A stretch of 20,000 nt of DNA from an uncultured Gemmatimonadota bacterium (GTDB lineage: Bacteria > Blakebacterota > Blakebacteria > Blakebacterales > Blakebacteraceae): positions 49,276 to 69,275 of the forward strand of contig CAZNUA010000017.1 of NCBI GenBank assembly GCA_964576115.1. Reading direction: 5' to 3'. The notes beneath the pieces are model-generated. The model ran no database searches. It was not told where the DNA came from and saw nothing but the letters and a program-made list of their open reading frames with translations. Shown here piece by piece: positions 10,920 through 19,915 of this stretch. The position numbers and the translations under genes were made by a program. Within the stretch, counting starts at the first letter, position 1; each line of letters opens with the position of its first letter.

Positions 10920-12116
10920 TCAGGATTCGAGTTCGACCGCCAGGGCCACGGCACCGCCGCCGCCCAGGCAGAGCGTCGCCAGACCGGTTGAAAGACCCCG
11001 GTTGCGCAACGCGTGAATGAGGGTGGTGAGGACACGGGCGCCGCTGGCTCCGATGGGGTGCCCCAGCGCAATCGCGCCCCCGTTGACGTTGACCCGCTCC
11101 CAGTCCCAGTCCAGTTCCCGGCCGTCTGCCAGGGCCTGGGCGGCGAAAGCCTCGTTGGCCTCGATCAGGTCGTAGTCGTTGATCGTCGTGCCCTGCTTCT
11201 CGAGCAGGCGCCGTACGGCCTGGACCGGGGCGTAAAAGAGTTCCTTCGGCTCGACCGAAGCCTGATCGTACCCGGTGATCCGGGCCAGGATCGGCGCCCC
11301 GAGTTCCTCGGCCGTTTCGCGGGCCGCAACCACGACCGCCGATGCCCCGTCGTTCAGCCCGGGGCTGTTGCCGGCCGTGACGATCCCCTCCTTATCGAAG
11401 GCGGGACGAAGCTTGGCCAGGATCTCGACCGTGGTATCCGACCGGTAGGATTCGTCGTGATCGAAGATGACCGGCTCTCCCCTTCGTTGGGGGACCTCGA
11501 CCGGAACGATCTCGGCCTCAAAGCGACCCTCTTCCCAGGCCCGGGCGGTCTTGGCCTGGCTCTCGGCGGCGTAGGCGTCAAGATCCTCGCGGGATAGACC
11601 CGATTTCTCGGCCGTGTACTCGGCCAGTATGCCCATGTGGCAGCCGTTGAAGCCGCACCAGAGGCCGTCGTGGATCATCAGATCGGTCAGTTCGGCGTTG
11701 CCCATCCGCAGACCGGTCCGGGCCTTGAAGAGCCCGTAGGGGACATTGCTCATGCTCTCCTGACCACCGGCCACGAAGAGCGAGCCGTCACCGGCCTTGA
11801 TCATGGCGGCGGCCAGCATGACCGTTTTCAGCCCCGAGCCGCAGACCTTGTTGACGGTGGTGGCGGGGATCGTACCGGGCAGACCGGCCCCGATCGACGC
11901 CTGCCGGGCCGGGGCCTGGCCGACGCCGGCCTGGACCACCTGACCCATCAGGACTTCATCGATACGATCGACTCCTATGCCTGCCCGCTCGATGGCGGCC
12001 TTGATGGCGATCGAACCCAGGCCGGGGGCCGGCAGGGAGCTCAGGGTTCCCTGGAAGGTCCCGGTAGGGGTTCTCACGGCACTCAGGATAACCGGTTCTC
12101 TGGCGCTCGCGCTCAT
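10920..12116 (-). CDS. Acetyl-CoA C-acetyltransferase (thiolase)
   Basis: NKVCGSG (acylated Cys), [13 protein letters not shown] and CLGGG. Start trimmed to ATG 12116, giving 398 aa. Confidence 0.96.
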   Translation of the reverse strand: MSASAREPVILSAVRTPTGTFQGTLSSLPAPGLGSIAIKAAIERAGIGVDRIDEVLMGQVVQAGVGQAPARQASIGAGLPGTIPATTVNKVCGSGLKTVMLAAAMIKAGDGSLFVAGGQESMSNVPYGLFKARTGLRMGNAELTDLMIHDGLWCGFNGCHMGILAEYTAEKSGLSREDLDAYAAESQAKTARAWEEGRFEAEIVPVEVPQRRGEPVIFDHDESYRSDTTVEILAKLRPAFDKEGIVTAGNSPGLNDGASAVVVAARETAEELGAPILARITGYDQASVEPKELFYAPVQAVRRLLEKQGTTINDYDLIEANEAFAAQALADGRELDWDWERVNVNGGAIALGHPIGASGARVLTTLIHALRNRGLSTGLATLCLGGGGAVALAVELES

Positions 12117-12177
12117 ATTCAGTCCTTTCCCGAAGCTGTTGATCTGTCTCTGTTGACCTTCATCGTCCCGGACGTTC

Positions 12178-13107
12178 TCAGCGCCGCCGGGACGGCACGG
12201 TTTCCGTTTCTTCGATCTTGTAGGCGCCTGCGGCGCCGGCCCTGATCCGTCCCCACCGCACCCGCGGGGCGTGATAAAATCCCAGCCACGCGTTCCGCTC
12301 GGCCGCCCGGGCGAGCAGGGCCGCTTTGACGCGGGCTGATACCGCCGGTTCGACATCGACCCCTTCGAGGACCTCGCTACGGACGTGCGAGGTGGTCGGA
12401 ATCAGATCGCCGGCCAGCAACAGGGTCTGGTCGCGACCTTCGATCCAGATCACCTGATGACCGGGCGTGTGGCCGCCGGTGAGTTCGAGGCGTACACCCG
12501 GCATGGGTTCGACGTCGCCGTCGATGAGATCGAAACGTCCTTCCCGTTCGTAGACACGCGCCACCGCACCCGCCACGTACTGTGCCGTACGCAGATCGGG
12601 CGCCTCGGCCGCTTCGAATTCGGCCCGCTGCACGACCAGCCGGGCCTCGGGCAGGGCCGGTTCGAGTTGTCCGAGCAGGCCCTCGGAGAGCAGGCGCGGA
12701 TCGGAGAGATCGCCCCCGGTGATCGCCTCGCCGGCCACGGCCCCGGCGACGTGGTCGAAATGCAGGTGGGTGGCGACGATCGTTCCGACCTCATCGGGAT
12801 TCACACCCGCTTCGGCCAGCATCTCTTCGAGCGGTCGTTGGCCCTGCAGGTCATAGCGGTCCCGGGCATGATCGCCCCAGCCGCTGCCGATTCCTGGATC
12901 GATGAGAAGACATCCTTCCGGACCGGTCACAACCGCTGGAGAGATGCCGAGCATGACCCGGTTGTCCGCATCGGGATGGTTCAGCTTTTCCCAGAATACA
13001 CGCGGGTAGATCCCGTAGAGGGCGGCTCCGTCGAGCCGGAAAGTTCCCCCGTCGAGGACAGTCAGGCTCAGACCGCCCAGGTCTATTCGCGAAGGAGGCT
13101 GGTTCAT
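12178..13107 (-). CDS. Metallo-beta-lactamase-fold hydrolase, YtnP/AHL-lactonase-like
   Basis: FRLDG..LYG..P...W N-terminus, THLHFDH, GHTPGHQ, AGDL and a C-terminal YH. ATG 13107 overlaps the upstream stop (ATGA). Confidence 0.88.
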   Translation of the reverse strand: MNQPPSRIDLGGLSLTVLDGGTFRLDGAALYGIYPRVFWEKLNHPDADNRVMLGISPAVVTGPEGCLLIDPGIGSGWGDHARDRYDLQGQRPLEEMLAEAGVNPDEVGTIVATHLHFDHVAGAVAGEAITGGDLSDPRLLSEGLLGQLEPALPEARLVVQRAEFEAAEAPDLRTAQYVAGAVARVYEREGRFDLIDGDVEPMPGVRLELTGGHTPGHQVIWIEGRDQTLLLAGDLIPTTSHVRSEVLEGVDVEPAVSARVKAALLARAAERNAWLGFYHAPRVRWGRIRAGAAGAYKIEETETVPSRRR

Positions 13108-14246
13108 AATTCGGTCAGAATCTCCCGGGAGATCACCAGTAACTGGATCTCGCTGGTACCCTCCCCGATCGTGGTCAGTTTCATGTCCCGCCACATCCGT
13201 TCCACCGGGTAGTCCTTCGTGTAGCCATATCCGCCATGGAGCTGGATCGCCCGGGTCGTGACCCACTGGGCCACCTCCGAGGCATAGTACTTGGCCATGG
13301 CTGAACTCTTGATGATGCTCTCACCGGCATCTTTGCGGCGGGCCGATTCGTAGATCAATCCGCGGGCAGCCTCGATCCGGGTGGCCATTTCGGCCAGCAT
13401 GAACGCGACGGCCTGGAATTTGGCCAGGGGCCGGCCGAACTGCTCCCGTTCCTGGGTGAACTTCAGAGCTTCTTCGTAGGCCCCCTGGGCCAGTCCCAGG
13501 GCCATGGCGCCGATCGAGATGCGCCCGCCGTCGAGGATTCTCAGAAATTGCTTGAAGCCCTTTCCAGGTTCTCCCAGCAGGTTCTCGTTCGGGACGCGGG
13601 CGTTCTCGAAAACAACTTCGCAGGTGGTCGAACCGCGGCAGCCGAGTTTGTCGGGGATTTTGTTGACCGTCACTCCCTCGCTGCGCGGATCGATGATGAA
13701 GGACGAGATATCGCGGGTTCCCGCGGTCTGACCGCCGGTGCGGGCGGTGAAAACCATCGTCTCGGCTTCCTTCGCGTTGGTGATCCACAGCTTGGCGCCG
13801 TTGACGACCCACTCCTGGCCCTCCTGCACCGCGGTAGTGCGGGTGGCGCCGGCATCGGACCCGGCATCGGTTTCACTCAGGCCGTAGGCCCCCAGAACCC
13901 GCCCGGAAGCCAGAGGTTCGAGGTATCGCTCTTTTTGCTCGGGGGTGCCGAAGAGATGCAGCGGCTGGCAGGCCAGCGACACATGAGCCGCCATGATCAG
14001 GGCGGTCGAACCGCATACCCGGGCGATTTCCTCGATGGCGACGGCATAGCAGAGGGTATCCATGCCGCTGCCGCCGTTCTCTTCGGGGATAGTCATCCCC
14101 AACAGGCCGAGGTCGGCCATTTTTTCGATCGACTCGTGCGGGAAGCGCTCATCCCGGTCGATCTCCGCAGCCAGCGGTTTGAGTTCATTTTCGGCGAAAC
14201 TGCGGACCATTTCCTGGAGCATGCGGGCGTCTTCAGTCAGGTGCAC
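13104..14246 (-). CDS. Acyl-CoA dehydrogenase (short or branched chain)
   Basis: GLSETDAGSD, NGAKLWITN, REQFGRPL, QLHGGYGY and IGEGTSEIQ. GTG 14246 lies 6 nt after AAGGAG; an in-frame alternative GTG at 14285 overlaps the recJ stop. Confidence 0.93.
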   Translation of the reverse strand: MHLTEDARMLQEMVRSFAENELKPLAAEIDRDERFPHESIEKMADLGLLGMTIPEENGGSGMDTLCYAVAIEEIARVCGSTALIMAAHVSLACQPLHLFGTPEQKERYLEPLASGRVLGAYGLSETDAGSDAGATRTTAVQEGQEWVVNGAKLWITNAKEAETMVFTARTGGQTAGTRDISSFIIDPRSEGVTVNKIPDKLGCRGSTTCEVVFENARVPNENLLGEPGKGFKQFLRILDGGRISIGAMALGLAQGAYEEALKFTQEREQFGRPLAKFQAVAFMLAEMATRIEAARGLIYESARRKDAGESIIKSSAMAKYYASEVAQWVTTRAIQLHGGYGYTKDYPVERMWRDMKLTTIGEGTSEIQLLVISREILTEL

Positions 14247-14281
14247 ATCCAGCTCCTTTTCACGTCCCGGTTCATGTACAT

Positions 14282-15988
14282 TCACGGCGCCGAGGGACGC
14301 AGATCCCTCAGGCGCAACTGGGGTCGGGTAATACCTCTGAATTCGTTCTCTTCGAACGCAAAGACCAGGTCGACCTCGCCCCGTTCGGTCTCGTCGATCC
14401 GTTCTCCCAGATTGAAACCGATGGCATCGATCGGTCTTCCGTTCTCCGATTTGACCTGCATCTTGAGGTGGCAACCGTCCGAGCCGACCCGCCGGGCGCC
14501 GGCGGCCAGGCGGGCGTTGCGGGTCAGAAAGACCGGTCGGCGGTTGCGGGCTCCGAAAGGCTCGAGGCGCTTGAGCCCGGTCAGCAGATCCTGTGTCAGA
14601 TCGTCTATTGCAACCTCACAATCCACCTTCAGAGTCGGACCGATGTCGTTGTCGACCAAGTGCTTGCGGGCAACGCCCTCGAAGGCCTGGGTGAATTCGT
14701 CGAGCCGGTCGCGGCAGATATTCAGGCCCGCCGCATAGGGATGGCCTCCGAATTCGGTGAGAAAATCCGAACATTCGCTGAGGGCGTCGTAGAGATCGAA
14801 GCCTTCGATGCTCCGGGCACTGCCCCGTCCCTGGTCCCCCTCCAGAGCCACCAGAACGGTCGGCAGGTGGTAGCGTTCCACCAGCCGGCTGGCAACGATC
14901 CCGATCACGCCCGGATGCCACCGCTCGCTGCAGAGCACCAGAGCGTAGCGATCCCCGACGCCCCCCTGTTCCTCGACCATCTCGACCGCCCGTTCCAGGG
15001 TTACCGCATCGGCCTCGCGCCGTTCGGTATTGCGTTCGTCGAGCCGGCGGGCCAGTTCGGCCGCATCGAAGGGATCGTCGGTGAGCAGAAGCTGCAGGGC
15101 GTCTCCGGCGTCCGCCATCCGGCCGGCGGCGTTGATACGCGGTGCCAGGGTGAAGACGACCTGGCCGGCGGTGATCTCGCCGGTGGTCAATCCGACCCGG
15201 TCGATCAGCGCGGCCAGACCAGGCCAGAGTGTGCGCCGCATCTGGGGCAGACCGTACTTGACGAAGACCCGGTTCTCACCCAGCAACGGGACCACGTCGG
15301 CGGTGGTTCCCAGGGCCACCAGGTCGAGGTATTCGAGCAGCGAAGGACCTTCAGTGGGCGGAGCCAGTGCGCAGGCGACTTTATAGGCGATTCCCACCCC
15401 GCAGAGGTCGGTGAAAGGATAGCGGCAGTCCACGCGGTGTGGATTGATCACGGCCAGGGCGTCAGGCAGCTCGGGACCCGGGGTATGGTGGTCGGTGATG
15501 ATCAGATCGAGCCCAAGCTCGCGCGCCAGAGCCGCTTCGGCGATCGAGCTGATGCCGCAGTCGACGGTGATGAGCAGATCGATCTGATCGCCGTGGGCGG
15601 TCCGGACGGCCTCGGCGTTCAGGCCGTAGCCCTCCTCGGTCCGGTGTGGAATGTAGGCGTCGGCCTCACCTCCCAGGCTGGCGATCACCCTGACCAGCAG
15701 GGCTGACGCGCTCACGCCGTCGACATCGTAATCGCCGTGTATGCGGATGCGGCCTCCCGAGCGCACCACTTCCATGATCTTCTCGACCGCCGGTTCCATG
15801 TCGGCCAGCAGCCAGGGATCGTGGCCAGTACTCAGATCGGGGGCGATGAACTCGTCGATCGCGGCGGGGGTGGTGTATCCCCGGGCGTGGAGAAGTCTGA
15901 CGATGATGGGGTGCAAACCGGTCCGCTCGGCGAGCACGGTCAGGTCGGGTACGGGGACCTGCGGTTCGATCTGCCAGCGGTATTTCAC
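14282..15988 (-). CDS. recJ: Single-stranded-DNA-specific exonuclease RecJ
   Basis: GDYDVDG, TVDCG, TDHH, LGTTADVV, PRINAAGR, GSARS, GGHPYAAG and LEPFG. Start trimmed to GTG 15988 because the longer ORF runs into rnpB. Confidence 0.96.
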   Translation of the reverse strand: MKYRWQIEPQVPVPDLTVLAERTGLHPIIVRLLHARGYTTPAAIDEFIAPDLSTGHDPWLLADMEPAVEKIMEVVRSGGRIRIHGDYDVDGVSASALLVRVIASLGGEADAYIPHRTEEGYGLNAEAVRTAHGDQIDLLITVDCGISSIAEAALARELGLDLIITDHHTPGPELPDALAVINPHRVDCRYPFTDLCGVGIAYKVACALAPPTEGPSLLEYLDLVALGTTADVVPLLGENRVFVKYGLPQMRRTLWPGLAALIDRVGLTTGEITAGQVVFTLAPRINAAGRMADAGDALQLLLTDDPFDAAELARRLDERNTERREADAVTLERAVEMVEEQGGVGDRYALVLCSERWHPGVIGIVASRLVERYHLPTVLVALEGDQGRGSARSIEGFDLYDALSECSDFLTEFGGHPYAAGLNICRDRLDEFTQAFEGVARKHLVDNDIGPTLKVDCEVAIDDLTQDLLTGLKRLEPFGARNRRPVFLTRNARLAAGARRVGSDGCHLKMQVKSENGRPIDAIGFNLGERIDETERGEVDLVFAFEENEFRGITRPQLRLRDLRPSAP

Positions 15989-16065
15989 GCCCCGCGTTCT
16001 CCTCCCGTCGGGCTCTGGGCTCCGAGCGTATGGGACAGACAGGCGCGCGGCCGGACGTGAAAAAC

Positions 16066-16452
16066 GGAGAGACGACCTGTAAGCCGGATTCTGTGCCGAC
16101 CCGCGGTTGCCGAGAACCGGGGAAGGCGGCAATCATCTGTCTGGGACGACGGTCACCCGTCGCCTCACGCGGCCTACCCGGGAGTCATCGTGAGGCGGGC
16201 CACCTCTGCTCCCCTATTTGGCCTTGCTCCGAAGGGGGTTTACCGTGCCCGTCCGGTCGCCCGGAACGGCGGTGGGCTCTTACCCCACCTTTTCACCCTT
16301 ACCGGCCCGCAGGCCGGCGGTTTGTTTTCTGTGGCACTTTCCGTCGGGTCACCCCGCCTGGGTGTTACCCAGCCTTCCGCCCTGTGGAGTCCGGACTTTC
16401 CTCACTCCTCTGCCCCGCGGGGCGGGGAGCGCGATTACCCGGCCGTCTCTCC
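16066..16452 (-). ncRNA. rnpB: RNase P RNA, bacterial type A
   Basis: The minus strand has GAGGAAAGTCCGGACTCC, GGAAAGTGCCACAGAAAA, AAGGGTGAAAAGGTGGGGTAAGAGCCCACC, GGTAAACCCC, GAGCAAGGCCAAATAG and ACAGAATCCGGCTTA. The P1 pairing GGAGAGACGGCC/GGTCGTCTCTCC defines the ends. Confidence 0.98.
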
Positions 16453-16881
16453 AGCGTTCTTCACACCCCAGTCGATGCCTGCGTTTGCCAGCGCATCGGC
16501 CCGGGCGTTGTCCTCTCGTCGCACGTGCCGCACGCTGACCCCCTCCAGGCGGATCAGGCACTCTCGAGCCTGCTCCCAGAGGAGACGTAGACTGCTATCA
16601 CGTACACGATACTCACCTGAGAGGTGCTTCACCAGCAATTCAGAGTCAGAGTTGATAATACCCGTCCCGAGTCCGAGTTCCTCGAGCGCCTCCAGACAGT
16701 GGAGCAAAGCCCGATATTCAGCCTGATTATTGGTCGTTTCGCCCAGGTACCCGGCCCGGGCGTACACTTCGCCGGCCCCGTCGACGCTGATCGTGACGCC
16801 GAAGCCCGCCGGTCCGGGATTGCCCCGGGCGGCGCCGTCGACGTGAGCCGTAAAGCGGGAGGGGCCCGACGGGGCCCTCAC
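16435..16881 (-). CDS. rnhA: Ribonuclease HI family protein (short, archaeal/actinobacterial-like)
   Basis: DGAARGNPG, TNNQAEY, SDSELL and NARADALAN give an intact D-E-D-D set. GTG 16881 overlaps the upstream stop (GTGA). Confidence 0.9.
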   Translation of the reverse strand: MRAPSGPSRFTAHVDGAARGNPGPAGFGVTISVDGAGEVYARAGYLGETTNNQAEYRALLHCLEALEELGLGTGIINSDSELLVKHLSGEYRVRDSSLRLLWEQARECLIRLEGVSVRHVRREDNARADALANAGIDWGVKNAGETAG

Positions 16882-17603
16882 CCTTCCGCCTCCTCGCCGA
16901 ACCAGACGATGATGCGGCCGCAATTTTCACAGGTGATCGGTCGCTCGGCCCGACGGATCTCGGTCACGGTCTGCGGCGGAATGCTGGCATAACAGCCGCC
17001 ACAGGCCCCCCGCACGACCGGGACCACGGCGGTACCCTGCTTGCCGGCCTTGACCCGGTTGTAGATCCTCTTCAGGCTGTCTTCGATCCGCGGCGTGAGG
17101 GCGTCCCGCTCGCTCCGGATCCGGGACATCTTGACGTCCACGGTCGAGAGCTTTTCCTTCAGATCGGCGATCTCGGTTTCGGCCCCGCTGCGGTAATCGT
17201 CGAGTTCCTGCCCTTCGGTTTCCGTTGCTTCATCCAGGGTCTCGAGTTCATCCATGATCTCGAGCAGGTGGTCCTCGCCGGTTCCGATCTCTTCTTTGAC
17301 GGCGTCCATCTCCTTCTGCAGTGCGTCCCACTCCTTGTTGGTCTTCACTGCGCTCAACCGTCCCTGCAATTTCCCGAGCTGATCCTGTCGTTCCTGAACA
17401 TGGCGTTCGAGATGACGGCGCTCCTTGTCCAGTTCCGCTTTGCGCTCCCGGGCTTCGGCGATCGTACCGGACTTGAGATTGAGGGTCGCCTCGAGTTCTT
17501 CGATCCGCTGTGGGTAATCGCCCTTTGAACGTTCGAGCATGGCCAGCTGATCGTCGATTTCCTGCAGTCGGGCCAACATTTCGAGCTGTTCTTTCATCGC
17601 CAC
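16878..17603 (-). CDS. Coiled-coil protein with C-terminal C4 zinc ribbon (DUF164/CT398-like)
   Basis: Long charged helical region beginning LQEID, then CGGC and CENCGRI; sits in the usual position between nif3 and RNase H. Confidence 0.92.
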   Translation of the reverse strand: MAMKEQLEMLARLQEIDDQLAMLERSKGDYPQRIEELEATLNLKSGTIAEARERKAELDKERRHLERHVQERQDQLGKLQGRLSAVKTNKEWDALQKEMDAVKEEIGTGEDHLLEIMDELETLDEATETEGQELDDYRSGAETEIADLKEKLSTVDVKMSRIRSERDALTPRIEDSLKRIYNRVKAGKQGTAVVPVVRGACGGCYASIPPQTVTEIRRAERPITCENCGRIIVWFGEEAEG

Positions 17604-17636
17604 GTCTGTGCTGTCTCCTCGGCCGGGCAGGTACGT

Positions 17637-18749
17637 TCAGACGATCCGTCCCGGTGCCGGATCCTCCAGGAAAAGTTCAACCTCCATCGTCCATCCGTTA
17701 TGGTCAGCGGCGCTGGAAAGGGTGTCGGCTATGCGGCGCACCCCGGGCTGTTCGGTCGCCCGGTGTCCGGCGTCGACACAGACGAGCTCTTCGGCAACGT
17801 CAAGCCTGATATGATAGGTCAGGTCACCGCCGATAAAGAGCTGGGCCCCGCGAGCCAGCGCGATCGGGATGCAGCTGGCCGTACTGCCTCCCGCGACGGC
17901 CACGGTGGTGATCTGGCCGTTCTCCGGGCCGGTCACATCGAGCGGCACTCCGCCCAGAGCTTCCTTGATGCGGCCCAGTAGAGCCTCGAGTTCGACCGCC
18001 TCGGGCAGGTCGCCGAGGATCCCCAGTCCCAGCTCTTCCCCCTGGCGGTAGGTTCGGTACAGGTCAAAGGCGACTTCGTCATAGGGGTGATGGCGGCGTA
18101 GAGCGGCGAGAACCCGCTCGACCCGGTTCTCGGCCACGCGCATTTCCAATCTGATCTCGTTCACCTGTTCGAGTTGGCCGATCTCTCCGATCAACGGCCG
18201 GGCGCCACCCTGCGGCCGGTACGAGCCGGTTCCGGCCAGGGCGAAGCTGCACTCCTCGTAATTGCCGATTTCACCCGCTCCGGCGACAGCCAGTGCCGAG
18301 CGCAGGTCTTCGGCTCCGTTGTCGGGCACGAACGTCACCAGCTTGTAGAACACGCCCTCTTCGTCGGGAGCCAGGATGTGTTTGTTCTGCAGCCCGATAG
18401 CGTCGGCCAGAGCCCCGCTCACGCCGTACGGCTGCCTGTCGGCGCAGGTATGGACGGCGATCAATCCGATTTCAGCCGTCAGCAGGGCCTTGGTGACGGC
18501 ACCGGTCAGGGTCTGCGGATCGATAGCGGTCAGATGCGGGTAGTAGAGCGGGTGATGGGTCACGACCAGCTGGGCCTGGATTTCGATGGCCCGCATGATG
18601 GCGTCGACCGAAGCGTCGAGCGCGACCAGGCAGCGTTCGACCGGGCGCTCGCCGTGAACCTGCCAGCCGCTGTTATCGTTCTCGTAGGCTGTCGCGAAGG
18701 GAAAACGTCTGTCGAGGGCGGCGAAGACCTCTTCAGGCCGTGGGTTCAC
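17637..18749 (-). CDS. Nif3-like/DUF34 dinuclear metal protein, long form with PII-like insertion
   Basis: DNSG, VTHHPL, HTCAD and DAGHRATE, plus the insertion YKLVTFVP...GAGEIGNY..CSF...HPYDEVAFD. Confidence 0.93.
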   Translation of the reverse strand: MNPRPEEVFAALDRRFPFATAYENDNSGWQVHGERPVERCLVALDASVDAIMRAIEIQAQLVVTHHPLYYPHLTAIDPQTLTGAVTKALLTAEIGLIAVHTCADRQPYGVSGALADAIGLQNKHILAPDEEGVFYKLVTFVPDNGAEDLRSALAVAGAGEIGNYEECSFALAGTGSYRPQGGARPLIGEIGQLEQVNEIRLEMRVAENRVERVLAALRRHHPYDEVAFDLYRTYRQGEELGLGILGDLPEAVELEALLGRIKEALGGVPLDVTGPENGQITTVAVAGGSTASCIPIALARGAQLFIGGDLTYHIRLDVAEELVCVDAGHRATEQPGVRRIADTLSSAADHNGWTMEVELFLEDPAPGRIV

Positions 18750-18764
18750 ATCAGCCCCCGAACG

Positions 18765-18792
18765 AAAAATGCACCCGCAGAGGGGTGCATTT
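18765..18792 (-). terminator. Intrinsic terminator-like hairpin just upstream of nif3
   Basis: Minus-strand AAATGCACCC-ctctgc-GGGTGCATTT; the right arm runs into TTTTTCGTT. Confidence 0.7.
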
Positions 18793-18937
18793 CATCGGGA
18801 TCGAACACTGGCTTCGCTCAGGTGGGATGAGATATCGCCTCATGCAGTCCTCGTCCCGGGTGAGTGTGCACACCGTCGTTTCAGGTATGCACCTGAACTG
18901 TAGAGCCTATGCAATCAGGTCACGCAAACGGGGCTTG

Positions 18938-19915
18938 TCAACGTTCGGTTTTTCCGGGCCAGGAATGACCGGCGAGGGGAACGGTGAAGAGCACCCCCTG
19001 CATCAGGCCGGTTCGGGGCAGACGGATCAGCCGGGCGCCGACCCGTTCGGCCAGGGTCAGGTAGAAGGCTGCGGCGCCGGCCAGCATCGGGGCCCGGTCC
19101 CAGGGGATGCCGAGCATGACCAGTTCTTCGGATCCCGTACCGATGACGATTTCAAGCAGCCTTTCGAAATCTTCGGTGGCTATGCCGGTCGCGGTGGAAT
19201 CGGCGTCCTTCCACAGCCGCCAGCCCACGGCCAGATGATCGAGCATGGCGGCCTGTCCGCCGACATAGACGACCGTACCTTCGGCAGGGATAGTGTCGAG
19301 CAGGGGTGAATCGAGCCGGCGGCCGATCTCGACGGCCAGCTCTCCCAGCTGTCGCCGGGTATCGATCCCCGGTGCGTCCTGCCGCTGCAGGAAGCGTTCG
19401 AAGCTGGACGCCAGTCCCAGGGCGTGACTCTCGATGCCGGGCGTCCCGCCCTCAGTGCCGGGGGTGATGACCTCGAGACTGCCTCCTCCCAGATCGATGA
19501 TCAGGGCGGGATCGGGGCACTCGGGGGCCGAAAAATGCACTGCTTGCAGGACGAGTTCGGCCTCTTCTGAAGCCGCGAGGATCTCCAGTTGCAGGCCGGA
19601 CATACCCTGGATCAGATCGATCGCCTGAGCGGCGTTGGCGGTCCGGCGGAAGGCCTCGGTGCCGACCGCCCGGTAGCGACTGACCCGGTAACTGTCCATG
19701 ACCTGGCTGAAACCGGTGGCGGCAGAGACCAGAGCTTCGATAGTCTGATCGCGGAATTCATGCAGGCGGAAGGCGTCGTTGGCCAGCCGCAGGGCCTCCC
19801 GTTCGCGGTGGATGATATCCAGACCCCGTTTGCTGTCCAGACGGGCGACCGACAGTCTCAGGCTGTTGGAGCCGAAGTCGAGCCCCGCGATATGATCTGC
19901 GCGTTGTTTTTTCAT
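18938..19915 (-). CDS. Ppx/GppA family phosphatase, short form with no HD domain, divergent
   Basis: DFGSNSLRL, GTEAFR, EEAEL, DLGGGSLE and DRAPML match the ASKHA-fold Ppx/GppA pattern. Confidence 0.85.
   Translation of the reverse strand: MKKQRADHIAGLDFGSNSLRLSVARLDSKRGLDIIHREREALRLANDAFRLHEFRDQTIEALVSAATGFSQVMDSYRVSRYRAVGTEAFRRTANAAQAIDLIQGMSGLQLEILAASEEAELVLQAVHFSAPECPDPALIIDLGGGSLEVITPGTEGGTPGIESHALGLASSFERFLQRQDAPGIDTRRQLGELAVEIGRRLDSPLLDTIPAEGTVVYVGGQAAMLDHLAVGWRLWKDADSTATGIATEDFERLLEIVIGTGSEELVMLGIPWDRAPMLAGAAAFYLTLAERVGARLIRLPRTGLMQGVLFTVPLAGHSWPGKTER

Noticed and set aside
8862..12116. Thiolase, hbd and acyl-CoA dehydrogenase share one reading frame separated only by single TGA codons (possible readthrough, selenocysteine or recoding)
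   Set aside because: Each gene is full length with its own start and purine-rich upstream sequence. TGA is the usual stop in this window, no convincing SECIS is present, and frame coincidence is likely by chance.
16030..16726. ORFs overlapping rnpB, including the 5' extension of recJ to 16132
   Set aside because: The region is explained by RNase P RNA and rnhA; these translations are spurious.
18795..18830. GTTCGATCCC (tRNA T-loop-like) and ACCTGA..GCGAAG (TPP-like) words in the nif3 leader
   Set aside because: There is no T-stem pairing or cloverleaf and no match to the tRNA 3' end as an att site; the TPP CTGAGA motif is missing.
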